Assembly (NCBI GenBank): GCA_963693365.1
Contig: CAVNZM010000009.1
Location: 6,009,045 to 6,073,044, forward strand
Reading direction: 5' to 3'
DNA length: 64,000 nt
From: Amoebidium appalachense
Taxonomy: Eukaryota; Protista; Ichthyosporea
Of the stretch, positions 52,492-64,000 are shown one piece after another. Position numbers and translations under genes: made by a program. Under the pieces are notes generated by a model, which worked only from the letters and a program-made list of their open reading frames with translations, made no database searches and was not told the origin of the DNA. Each line of letters starts with the position of its first letter. The stretch's first letter is position 1.

Positions 52492-53828
52492 CTATATGCC
52501 CTCCAGCCTCCGACGGTGCACGTTTAGGTCGATATATGTTATGGCTTTGGGATTGAAAATGCACAACCGTTGCAGCGTGAGCGGTACGCTCGTGCACACT
52601 CTCACTCATGTCTATGCAGTCATGGCATAGAAGCCGGGGTGTGGGTCACCCAGCCCCTCCCTCCCCCCTCCCCCTACCCTTCCTCCCTTTCCCTCAGCTA
52701 ACCAGAAGGGTGGGCTCGCTCCTGTTCAGGTTCATGAGTGCCCCCCCCCCCCCCCCCCCTTTCTCTCTCTGCAGTTGCAATTTTCTTTTGCTCATTACTA
52801 TTCCCTGTATAAGGACTGATGGGCTAATACTACGTATATGTAGTATTAGCCCATCAGTCCTTGATTCAGAATGCACCATGGTATATCCGAAGCCTGAGTT
52901 TCATCACCTTTTTCTTTTACATACCAAGTATACTGTCACTGAGCAAGATACTGGTGATGCAGTATTTAGAGGCACGTGCACTGACACTTGTCAGTTTTAT
53001 TGAGTTGAGGCACGTGCACTGACACTTGTCAGTTTTATTGAGTTGAGTTTATCCAAATTGAGTTTGTCCAAATTGAGTAACTCTACAGGTGATGGTGTTA
53101 CATTGGCACCGGTGTCACTAATAATCACTGATCAGACACAAACAGGCTCTGAATTCGAGAAAATTAGTAACTCTACAGCTGATGGTGTTACATTGAACAG
53201 CGGTGCCATCCGCAAACAGGCTCTGAATTCAAGAAATTTAGTCCGAGACGCCTTAAGCTTACCTTATGATGATAATGTACAATGTGGATGACCGAATGTT
53301 AACGGTTGATGATAATGTACAATGTGGATGACCCCGAATGTTAACGGTTGATGATAATGTACAATGTGGATGACCGATGGAGTATTACAAACACACAACA
53401 GAAAAATCATTTCCAAATATGGGGCGCTCTGGGATCCGTGAGGGTGGTGGGGGATGGTTTAGACCTGATAAAGAGCTTGGAGCGATGTATGCGGCAACAA
53501 GAGAGCTCATGGGGAGAAGAGGGGGGGGGAGGGGGGGGGGGGGGGGGGGGGGATGGAGGTGTGTGTGTGTGCGTGTGTATGTGTACCATGGTGCATGTGT
53601 GCGTGCTTGTGTTTTTATTTTGGAGGGGGGAGGGGGGGTGTGTCCGAGGCTTTCGCAGGTACTAATGATAAATATATATAGAAACAGAATAACGTGCACA
53701 CAACCAATGGAAAAAATTGCATCTTCATCGAATTATCCACGCTAATTTAGTGCTTACTAGCTCACAAACTTAGAACATACATGTGGGAGTCAGATAAATT
53801 TACAAAATTCGGGAGCAGACAGATAAAT

Positions 53829-54171
53829 TTACAAAATTCGGGAGCAGATATCCAACTCGGTCATAATATCTCCACGGCCCAGGCCGGGCGTGTGGCCAGC
53901 CATCAACTCTGTGCTCTTGCCCACAGCAAAGATGATGTAGGCAGGACCCTTGGTCTGTGAAATATGAATATATCCAAGTCAGAATGTATCCCATGCAATT
54001 ATGATAAAATACACAAGTCATATGCCATGGGGTCATTATTGCAGTAAAACGGTTAGTCTTCATGATAAAATACACAAGTCATATGCCATGGGGTCATTAT
54101 TGCAGTAAAACGGTTAGTCTTCATCCCAAGAAACCTCTAAGTTTGGGGGCTAGAGCGTTATGGGGGGTACT

Positions 54172-54217
<46 letters not shown>

Positions 54218-54235
54218 GGGAGGGAGGGAGAGGGA

Positions 54236-54310
<75 letters not shown>

Positions 54311-54667
54311 GGTTGCTGAGGTATTGGGGACCGTGTAACATTTACTTGGCATGGGGATAGGAGGGGTGGGGTGGGGTGGGGGTGGGGTTTGGGGTTGTGG
54401 GTTGGGGGGGTTAGGGGGGGGGGGGGCACATACGACAAGGTAATCCTTTGCTGCGTTGGCATCGATTTTGCGGGAGAAAGAGAGAACGGTGGTGTTGGAG
54501 ACGAGGGCTGCACTGCCTGACTGCAGCAGCGTGTTGTTGGCCTGTTAAAGAAAGAGGTGTTAGATGCTGGTTTGTTGAAGAAACAGTGAGGGAAAAGGGA
54601 AGAAAAGCTTCCTTCTGTCTCAGGGCTTTTTCTTCTTCTTCTTCTTCTTCTTCTTCTTTTTTTTTTT

Positions 54668-54709
<42 letters not shown>

Positions 54710-55069
54710 GTGTGCATCTAACCACGGTTGTGGGACGGGAGGCAGGTGAATGGGAAGGGAACTCAGTGGCGGTGGGGGAGGGGGGGGGGGAGAGGGGGGT
54801 CACATGCCTTCATGTTTACTTCTGTCATGGATAGGATGGAATATTCGGCCACGGTACCAGTGCTCAGGTTGCCGATAAAAGCATTGGACGGGAACATCTG
54901 GTCCAATGAGTCGGTGAAGCCAACGGCAAACCTGTGATATTTGGCCAAATTGAATGGTGATGACCCATGCGTAATTAGTGAATGGTGGAATAGCTTGGGG
55001 AGGAAAAAGTGGTAGGTGGGGTTCAGTGGATGTGTTAGAGTCCCCAAGGCGGCGGCGGCGGCGGCGGGG

Positions 55070-55119
<50 letters not shown>

Positions 55120-56062
55120 TGAGGCTGGTCGCTAGGAATCGAGAGCTGAAGAAACGAATCTCACTTGTGGAAAGAAATTGACCAAAGTCACTGAGGTTGA
55201 AAGGTTGATGCGTGTCTGTGTGTACCTTGTTTTGTGCCTCTCTCTTTCTCTCACTCCGTGTGGTTTTGGTGTGTGTATGTGTGGGAGAGGTCCCGGGGGG
55301 GGGGGGGGGGGGGGGGGGGGGAGGGGGGGGGGGGGGGGGGGTAATCACCATCCCACAGCCGAGTGGTTGAGGGTGGCAGTCATGTTGATGACGTCATCCA
55401 CAATGGTCCAGTTAAGGGTCACACCCTTTGCCAGTGCAATCTCGCTGCTCACAACACCATTCTTCTTTGCGCACGTGTGACGAAGAACTTTGGGGGCACC
55501 GGGGATCCGGGTCAGGTTGGTTTCGGGTCGGGTCAGGCTGCACAGGTTCAGCTGGGTGGTGAAATCCCCGCGGCCCATATCGGGTTTGTGGCCGTTGGCA
55601 AGGACGGAGGAATTGCTCCCGGCCCAGATGGAATAGACAAGACCGGTGGCCTGTGGGTTAAGATTTAGGTTATTTTCGGTGTTATCTTCTGGATTTTTAA
55701 TAAAAATCCAGAAGAATAAAAATCCAGAAGAATAGTTTCCGCTCGCCTTTGAGAGCAATAATGATGCGCGAGGCGCTGAAAAATTCTCTATATAAACGTT
55801 TTATATAGAGTTAATAATTATTTGGGGGAGCACGCGCGTAACAACCAGAGGCACGAATAAGCGAGGGGTCCCAGAACAAGGGGCAGAGAAGGGGAGGGGC
55901 AGGGGTGGGGTGGAGGGGGAGTAGGGGTCTTACATTGAAAAAGTCTCCGGAGCCGGGGTTCAATTTGCGGACGAAAGAAATGGAGGTGGTGTTGTCTGAG
56001 AGGATAGCCTTGCCACTGATCAGGAGAGACTGGTTGGCCTGTGAAGGGGGAAAGAGGTGGAA

Positions 56063-56113
<51 letters not shown>

Positions 56114-56369
56114 GGTTAAAAGAGGAGCAAAAAAAAATATCATGACAGAGCTTGAGTTATTCCCTGGGCAGGCGGGCGGTCTGCGGGCGGTCTGCTACAC
56201 TATGTACTGAGGTAGTAATGGGAGTGGTAGAGTAGTCTGTGCGGGATCAAACAAAAGGGAAAAAAGCACAACACGATGAACCCAAAACATATTCCGGGGC
56301 ATATAACAGGGCAAGGTGGATGTTTTTTTTTTTGTTTTTTTTTTGTTTTTTTTTGGTGGTGGTGGTGGT

Positions 56370-56404
<35 letters not shown>

Positions 56405-59400
56405 CAACTAATCCGAAGTACAGAAATGTAGGTTACAGTGTTGTTTTTTTTGTGTTTTTTTATATAAAAACACAAAAAAAACGAGTCGTGGAATATTTCG
56501 ATAGGAACAGCTGTTACACGGCAGCCTGGCGAGAAAACGAGCCACAAGATTTGGCAGGAAATTTTAGAAGGGGGGTCGAAAGAGTGAGGGCGACGGGATG
56601 AAATTGGGGGGAGGGGTTAAGCCCTGGGGGGGAACCTACTTTCTTGGTGACCAAATTCGGTGTCATGCCATCCAGCGAATATTCCTCCACGGTACCAGTG
56701 CTCATGTTGCCGATCATCACCGAGGCAGGGAACATTTGATCGGGTGCGCTGGTGAACCCAGCCGCAAACCTAATGCCGGGTAAGAGGGGGGAGGGGGTTA
56801 GCATGTGTTATATTTTACGAAAAGCACAATAACGCCATGGAAAACGCAAATCCAAAGTGGAAAGTCCACCCAAAGACTCTGACGGTGTGTAGAAGAAGGG
56901 GTGGGGCGGGGGGAAGGGGGGGGGGGGGGGGGGGGGGGGGGAAGAAAAGGCGAAAAAAAGGATAAACCTCAGCAAAGACTTGGAATTTTGTTAGGTGTGA
57001 TCCCCCCCCCCCAACCCCCCCCCCCCCCCCAAAAAAAAAAAACATACACACACCATGTGGCATGTGCGCACGTTGGGCGCATGCGCACGCTTACACATAC
57101 ACAAACAAACAAACAAACAAACAAGCACACACACACACACACACACACACCATCCGCTGAACACGCCGTGGTACGTCGCGTTCATGTACAGAGTCCCATT
57201 GCTGATGTGCCACGTCCAAGTCACAGGCTTCTTAGTCGACACCTTAGTCACGTGATTCCCATCCTCCACAGAGCACACGTGATTTATGACTTTAGGCTCT
57301 CCCGGTACCCCCGTCAACTTGATTGGCGCACGGTACTGTGTGCATTTTTCCGCATTCACGTCGACAAAGTGAGCAGTGGCCAAGAGCTCATCGGATTCGT
57401 CTTCTTCGTCGTTGTCGGCGGATGCGGAAATGAGGGTCGTGGGCTTGCCGGACTGTTTTTTTTTTTTTGTTTTTTTGTTTTTTTTTTTTTGGGGGGGGGG
57501 GGTTAGTGATGGTGGTCACTGCGTGAATTCTTTCCCCCCCCCCCCCCCCCCTTCAAGTTCTTTCTATTTTTTTTTGTGGGGGGGGGGGAGTGGGGAGGGA
57601 ATGGAAGGGGGGGAGGGGAGAGGGGGTTACAAGAATGACGAAAGGAACGAGGGAGCAAAGCTGGCTGATTAATTCTTTTTTTAGAAAATATAAAGAGAAC
57701 AGACCAAGTCAAAGGCCCAGAAGCCTTGGGTGTAGTGTGAAGCACACCGGGAAGGGACGGATTCGGTATGTACAGCGGCAAGGTGAATTTGGGGAGCAGC
57801 GGCCGTGGCGGGGGCGGGGGGAGAGGGGGGTGGGTGAGGATATGAAAGAATATGTTGTGTACTCTAGAGGACTTATCGTGGCACGAGCTAAAGGACCCGG
57901 AGTGGGAGATGGCTGCGGCCACGAGCTAAAGGAGCCGGAGTGGGAGATGGCTGCTGTGCATGTGTGTGTTGGGGGGAGAGGGGGGGGGGAGGGGGGGGGG
58001 GGGGGGGGGGCGGCACGATGGGGTGGGAGGGGTGGGGGTGGGGGTCACGGGGAAGGTGGGGGGTGGGGGATGGGGGGGGGCACCTTAGCCAAGTCAAAGA
58101 TCAGATGGAGGGTAGAGGTTCCATTTTCAGACGTGACGGTGCCATTCAGTAGCGAGGTCTCGTTCGATCCCTGGATGCAGGATTGTGATTTAGCCTACTG
58201 TTTGGGTTGAATTTTTGTGTCCGAAGCAGGATTGTGATTTAGCCTACTGTTTGGGTTGAATTTTTGTGTCCGAAGAAGCGAAACACGGTTAGTTCAAGTT
58301 GTTGCCTCCGTATTAAGTTTTCTGTGATTTATTCGGATTTGAAACTCAGGAGGTCCGTGAATTACCGCTTGGCGAGGGCCAAGTTAACGAAAAAAGGGTG
58401 GTGTGTTTTGCTTCTCAGTCAGTTTTCATGTTATGTGAGATGTAGCCCGGCTAGTAAAAAGTCCTCCTAGATTCATGGGGGGTCGGGGGTCGGGTGGGGG
58501 GTAGGATGATAAACGCCAAAATTCAAGTCGCAAACCCCCCCCCCCCCCCCCCCCCTCCTCTTCCTCTTCATTTTTTTATTGAAGATGCTGGAGTTTCTCT
58601 TCCGTTCCTGCGTACACATTTTTTTGTCACAGTGGTGTGTGTGTGTGTGTTGTGTAAGGCGAGGGGGGGGGGAGGTTTCTGGCACCTTCCCCAGTGGGCT
58701 GACGGTGCCGTTGGCCAGGCGGTATTCCTGGACGGTGGCATTGATGACGTCACCAACCACAACCTGGCCCAGCAGGCTCAGGGGGTCGCTGCTGTTTCCA
58801 CTCGCTACACCCACTGAAATCCTGAGAAAGAAAGAAAGAAAAGAAAAAGAAAAAAAAAGAAAGAAAGGAAGAAATAAAGGAAAAGCAAGCGGGAAAAGAA
58901 AAGCAAGAAAGGTCAGTGAATACAACATACAACGATAGATACCAAAAGCAAGCGGGAAAAGAAAAGCAAGAAAGGTCAGTGAGTTACAACATAGAATCGT
59001 AGTAATACAACGATAGATACCAAGTTTAGTAGATTATCGTTGTATTACTACGATTCTAAGTATGTAATGTGGGACGAATAAAAAATAAACCAAGTTTAGT
59101 AGATTACTCAGTCGGACTAAGTCTCTGCAGGGACGCAGAGGGAGTTGGATCATTTTGTTCGCACAGTGACCCTGTGAAAGATCACTGAAGATTCGCTGCC
59201 CCCCCCCCCCCCCCCCCTCCCCCCCCCCCCCCCCCCCCCCCCAAAGCTTTGTTGTTCTCAGTCACCATCTTCGCCTGCACTGAACCCGGTCTCCGAGTCA
59301 GATCTGAGCAACCACAAAATCTTCCCTCGTGTTTTAAAAATGAAACGTACGTGTCTGTTGAATCGTTGAAGTTTTAAAAATGAAACGTTGAAGTTTTAAA

Positions 59401-59753
59401 AATGAAACGTACGTGTCTGTTGAATCGTTGAAGCTGGCGTTAAGTTTCATCTGCGTGCCCTCAATCCTCCACGAGAAGGTGACCCCCTTAACCGTTGTGA
59501 TGGAAGATGTGACTACCCCATCCTGATTGGTGCACGTGTGTTTGGTGATGTTGCCAGCTGGCGGGAGGGAGACTGATTGGTTGAGGAGTGGCGACACCGT
59601 GGCATTAACGGTGCTGTTTGATTGGCTGGGCATTGCGTTGGTCGTCTCGGTCTCAGAACCGAACGTGCCGCACGCCAGCAGCAAGGGGAGAAGGAACCTG
59701 GGATGTGGACATAATGTGGTAAGTAACACTGTCACACTTAACAAAAGTGCCAT
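53829..59753 (-). CDS. Multi-exon secreted protein with three DOMON-like repeats
   Basis: Exons at about 59413-59697, 58686-58821, 58085-58170, 57150-57450, 56638-56770, 55933-56038, 55349-55651, 54804-54931, 54432-54541 and 53829-53955. They repeat KGVT.SW.I...M.A...GW|FAVGF..DQMFP...IGN.STGTV.EY.L...SF.RK...I.A.G...GH...GRGD. Hydrophobic N-terminus and many NxS/T sites. The start codon is uncertain. Confidence 0.78.
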
Positions 59754-61538
59754 TATGAGCCACGGTGATCACGATGCACGTTAATTTACTATTACCATTT
59801 ATGAATAAAATGAATCATGTATATGATTCGAGCATAGTGTTTGGCGTTATAAGTTACAGTGTGATGCTCATTGATGAGTCTGAGGCTTATAATAATCATA
59901 ACACAGTGCCATGATGGTAGCCGCTGAGTCTGACACGGTGCTAATGGTTGAATCACTAGTACTGAATCAGATAACATCATGTTATTATTAGTACTGCACT
60001 CACCATAGTGTAGCACTAGCACTGACGGTCAGTGTTAATCGTTAACTTTCCTCTCCAGACGTTTATATGGCTAGACTTGGGTGATATTTTTTTGGCTTAT
60101 GATCATTCGAAGGCCCTGTACGTGCACTAACAGCCTTGCCATCATTGTGCACACGCATGCACTCTATTGCATGCATTTGCAACAGCACTGGGAACAGGTT
60201 GGCCAATTGGGCCACCGGGACAGAGCACACCCGGAACGTGGTACGCTTAGTTAGCAGTGCCACACGCAGACGGTGATCATGACTTACTTTCGTGACAAAG
60301 ACATGTTGATGTGAGGCGTTCAGGACACTCGTGTTGATGCAGTCAGAGCTTGAACGATGCCCGAGAGTCGCCAACGCCGAGATTCTCCGCCCGTGGTAAG
60401 TAAGCGTTGGTAGCCACAAGGGGATTTTTGTTCAAGTGTGCCACTTTATAGTTTTAAACGTCGCGTTTTATACCCGTGCGGAGGAGGGCGAATGCTGCCG
60501 CAGCGCACGTGCGTGATCAGTTCTGATGCCACGTCCGTGGACGCACTTCGTGCGTACTGTATCAAGAACGTGTTGATATAGCGTAATATAAAATGCATTT
60601 GCAAGCTTAAAAGCAAGAATGGATGATAAGAAAGATTCATGGATGACACGGAGAATCAGAAGAAGAAACTGGAAAGAAAAACGATTTGACTGTCGTCACG
60701 TTTTAGCCAAATACCATCTATAGTTCAGCTAAAATCAAAGTGTGGACGGTCATCTTCTTTACTGTGCAACGCGCGTTTCCTATTGGCTTCAAGACTATAC
60801 GGAAATCCGATTGGTTGAAAGTTATATAATTGGATCAGATGATTGGTCTGTGCAAGGGCAATCCTTGGGGTTCTCCCCATCACCAAATCTGTTTTTCTTC
60901 GCGATTCTAAACCATAATTTCTGCTATGCTAATACACACATCATGCCTCTCCCATGGACCTCTTCTCAGAGCTTTACAGTAGTTATGGCCCAATTATGGC
61001 GCCTTATAGAGGCAAGAGCGCAAAATGAGCTCACCCAAATCTCCAAATAACCAAGGTGAGAAAAGTGTTTATACATTCAGCATGGCCATGTGGCTTGGCA
61101 ACATGTCGCTACACAGCTGTACGTGAAACTTGAATTGCTGATGCTCAGGATTCCGGCGAATTGCTGATGCTCAGGAATCCGGCGGTCACGCACGACAAGA
61201 ACTCAGTAGAACTACAGTAAAAATCTTGAAGAAGCGCACTTCTTATGGAATCGAAGCCCACGGCGATTATCACGATAAAATACTAGTAAACCTAAAGTAG
61301 CAAGAATAAAGATCTAGAATATCCACGCCCCATTGTATGGCCATGGGACTCGAGTGAGCACGGACAGAAATGCCGTGTGTGACTGTGTAGTTACGTATAC
61401 GTTCAAGGCTTACGTACGTAAATACTGGGCGAAGTAAGGCTTGGAAGGGAGGACGTACGCGGACGTACGCGTTCTGCCACGTGGTGGGGCCTGATCAGAT
61501 CGGATCGTCACTGCCACGCGTACGGCGCACGCACGTAC

Positions 61539-61733
61539 GGGGAACCCCAACTAATTGATTTCTCCTTGTAGTCTTTATGGTGTCTCGCAGAGAAAGTAAA
61601 CCCTGATATATAGTCACCACCCGACATCTATGTACGTGATCATGATATACCGCTGAGGGGATATTCCGAGCAAACCCCCCCCCCCCATACCTGAGACTGG
61701 TTCTCTTTGCCTCGAGTAAACAGCGTAAACCCC
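61539..61733. mobile_element. About 195-bp MITE-like element, copy 2, with a 9-bp TSD
   Basis: Matches 29571-29764; GGGG...CCCC ends; flanked by CGCACGTAC at 61530-61538 and 61734-61742. Confidence 0.8.
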
Positions 61734-61989
61734 CGCACGTACGTCAGCCAACGTACGTCGTATGCGCCAGTGATGCACGATGCATATCATGTGCACAGTG
61801 CAGCTCCACGAATCAATGCCATTGTATGCCGAGCGCACGTGTCGCGAGAGAGCCTCGGAGAGAGAGAGGGGGGGGGGGGGGGGAGAGAGAGAGAGAGAGA
61901 GAGAGAGAGCTAGAGAGAGCTAGAGAGAGAGAGAGAGAAAGAGAGAGAGATTTAGAGAGAGAGAGATTTAGAGAGAGAGAGAGAGAGAC

Positions 61990-62051
<62 letters not shown>

Positions 62052-62513
62052 GAGAGAGAGAGAGAGCGGGCGGGATGGGATCATCCGAGATTCAAGAAAA
62101 AGCACCGGTACCACTAGAGTGTTTAGGGAGACTACAATAAGGGCGCGGCACCCCGTGAATGGACGTCATCATTCACAGGCCTTAGCATATGTGGATATGA
62201 GATCAGTTGATATGCGATATGATATGGGGTGTATATTGTGATCAGGATATGGATATGGGTGTGGATATGTACAGGAGCACGTGCACACACTGTGTGTGTG
62301 CCTAAACACGTGCAGAGCACGTGATTTTATTAAATAAATTAAAGAGAGAGGGCGTGTCACGTGTACGCGTACACGTACGCGTACAGTGGTACGTACTCAA
62401 GTGCAGATCAAAGGAATGCGAAGGTTTGCGCAAGGCGTCCAATAGGAATTCGAATTCTGAATGTGCCAAAAGGGTCGGTAGAAGGTCTGACACGCGCCCG
62501 CGCCAGCGTCCCG

Positions 62514-62592
<79 letters not shown>

Positions 62593-63825
62593 ACACACAC
62601 ACACACTGTATCCGATACACATACACACACTATTGCACACGTGCCCGCGTATGCCATACACACACGCGCACATACGCACACGGACACCACACACACAGAC
62701 TGACACACCATGTGCACACACGCATTTTATAACAGACATGTACATGTACAGATCTAGACGTGGACACACAAGCACAACTGCATACTACTGTATCGCACAT
62801 AAATCCAGTACTCAGTCTAAATCTCCTCGTCCCTTTCAAAATCATTAACAAAAAAAAAAGTAGGAATATTGGTCAGGTCATGTGTCTCTCCCCCCCCCCC
62901 CCCCCCCCCCCTCCCCACATGCGCCCACCCATCCCCAGCCCCCACCCCACCCCGCCCTGGCCCATGGTGAAGATCTAACACATGCACACCCACCTATCTC
63001 CATTGCGAACATTTCCTGCTGCCGGAAGTAATCTGTACTCAATCGGGGCTGAAATTTTTGACCTTGAAGTGCAATTATATATAGAAACAACGAAGGCGTG
63101 CGTCCACAAGAGTACATGAGTGTCGAACCAATTAATAGATCGAATAGACGGACACTTCGGGATTTTTATTCGAGCACCATCCAGTGATGCTTTTACGCCA
63201 AACGTACGCAGCCCCCGACGTGCATGCACGCACCTTGCCGCATGCCTCTTGTTTACAGCGTATGCATAGTTGCGCTGATGCCATGTATTACCATTGCGAG
63301 AGTTGTGTTACCTCTTGTATTACCGTTGCGAGCAAAGCATATGCAACTAGTACTCAACCATGGAGCCAGTAAACCCGACGTTAGGGTTTGGGTCTAATGA
63401 CTCCCGCCTGTTTACGTTCACGTGCTCTATGACGATTGGATACGAGTGACAGACAAAACTGAAAGCACAAAAACATTGAAGCCATACAAACAACTAATCG
63501 GCTTTCAGTCGGTTTACCTGCCTGCAGGCCTGAGTGACAAGCACACTCACTCAAACCAACAAAATTTATTGGCAGACATTACAACCATAAACAATAAAAG
63601 GATCATAAATATAAAATTAAAACAAGATAAACAACATACCACAAAGAACCAGCCCTCCCATAGAGCAACTAACCGACTTACATACATACACCCCAACCAC
63701 CACACATATCCTTCCTACCACACACACGCACACACATACACACAAACACACACATACACGTGCACAGCCATCCACCATATGCTTTTACCCCACGCAAATG
63801 GCACACGCACACACACATTGCATGT

Positions 63826-63954
63826 CTACATGCGTGTGACATAGGTCAGACCGAGAATATCGAATCCCTTAGCCATGACCTTTGCGGTTGCCTCGCACAG
63901 TTTGAGTCTGCTGTAGTTGATGCTGACGATCTGGCGGTCCTGGAGTGTCACACA
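63826..63954 (-). CDS. RARS1: Last exon of cytoplasmic arginyl-tRNA synthetase
   Basis: After a pyrimidine tract and CAG: CVTLQDRQIVSINYSRLKLCEATAKVMAKGFDILGLTYVTRM*, matching the eukaryotic ArgRS C-terminus (R..LCEA.A.VMAKGFDILG....RM). Confidence 0.9.
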   Translation of the reverse strand, partial: CVTLQDRQIVSINYSRLKLCEATAKVMAKGFDILGLTYVTRM

Positions 63955-64000
63955 CTGGAGAAAAAGAGGGTGTGTGTGTGTGTGCGGGGGGGGGGGGGGG

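Noticed and set aside
61826-62851. ORFs rich in ER, HT and CV repeats (also at 7654-8176, 27852-28351 and 49733-50371)
   Set aside because: They are microsatellite translations.

Overview
Eukaryotic, intron-containing and repeat-dominated window; roughly 52 kb of it is stacked mobile elements whose boundaries can mostly be fixed by target-site duplications (TSDs). (1) 204-7074: a putative decayed Kolobok-like DNA transposon (TTAA flanks) holding a broken LINE RT and a small non-coding LTR element. (2) 7962-27909: a chromodomain Gypsy retrotransposon with a full-length Copia and a Copia-type TRIM nested in it; the TRIM is itself split by a decayed Gypsy-like element. (3) 28609-52359: a Copia-family solo LTR split by a 22.8 kb insertion with CCA...TGG ends and a near-perfect 8-bp TSD. 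That insertion carries a spliced KDM4-like JmjC gene. Nested inside it are a 14.8 kb Ginger-like element (USP-like protease ORF plus a 43-bp hairpin satellite), a CACTA-like element and an ISL2EU/Harbinger transposon. (4) 53.8-64 kb: host genes, namely a triple-DOMON secreted protein and the last exon of arginyl-tRNA synthetase. The most notable candidate system is DNA transposons carrying chromatin-mark or ubiquitin erasers as cargo. All protein and family calls come from motif recognition by eye; no database search was run.
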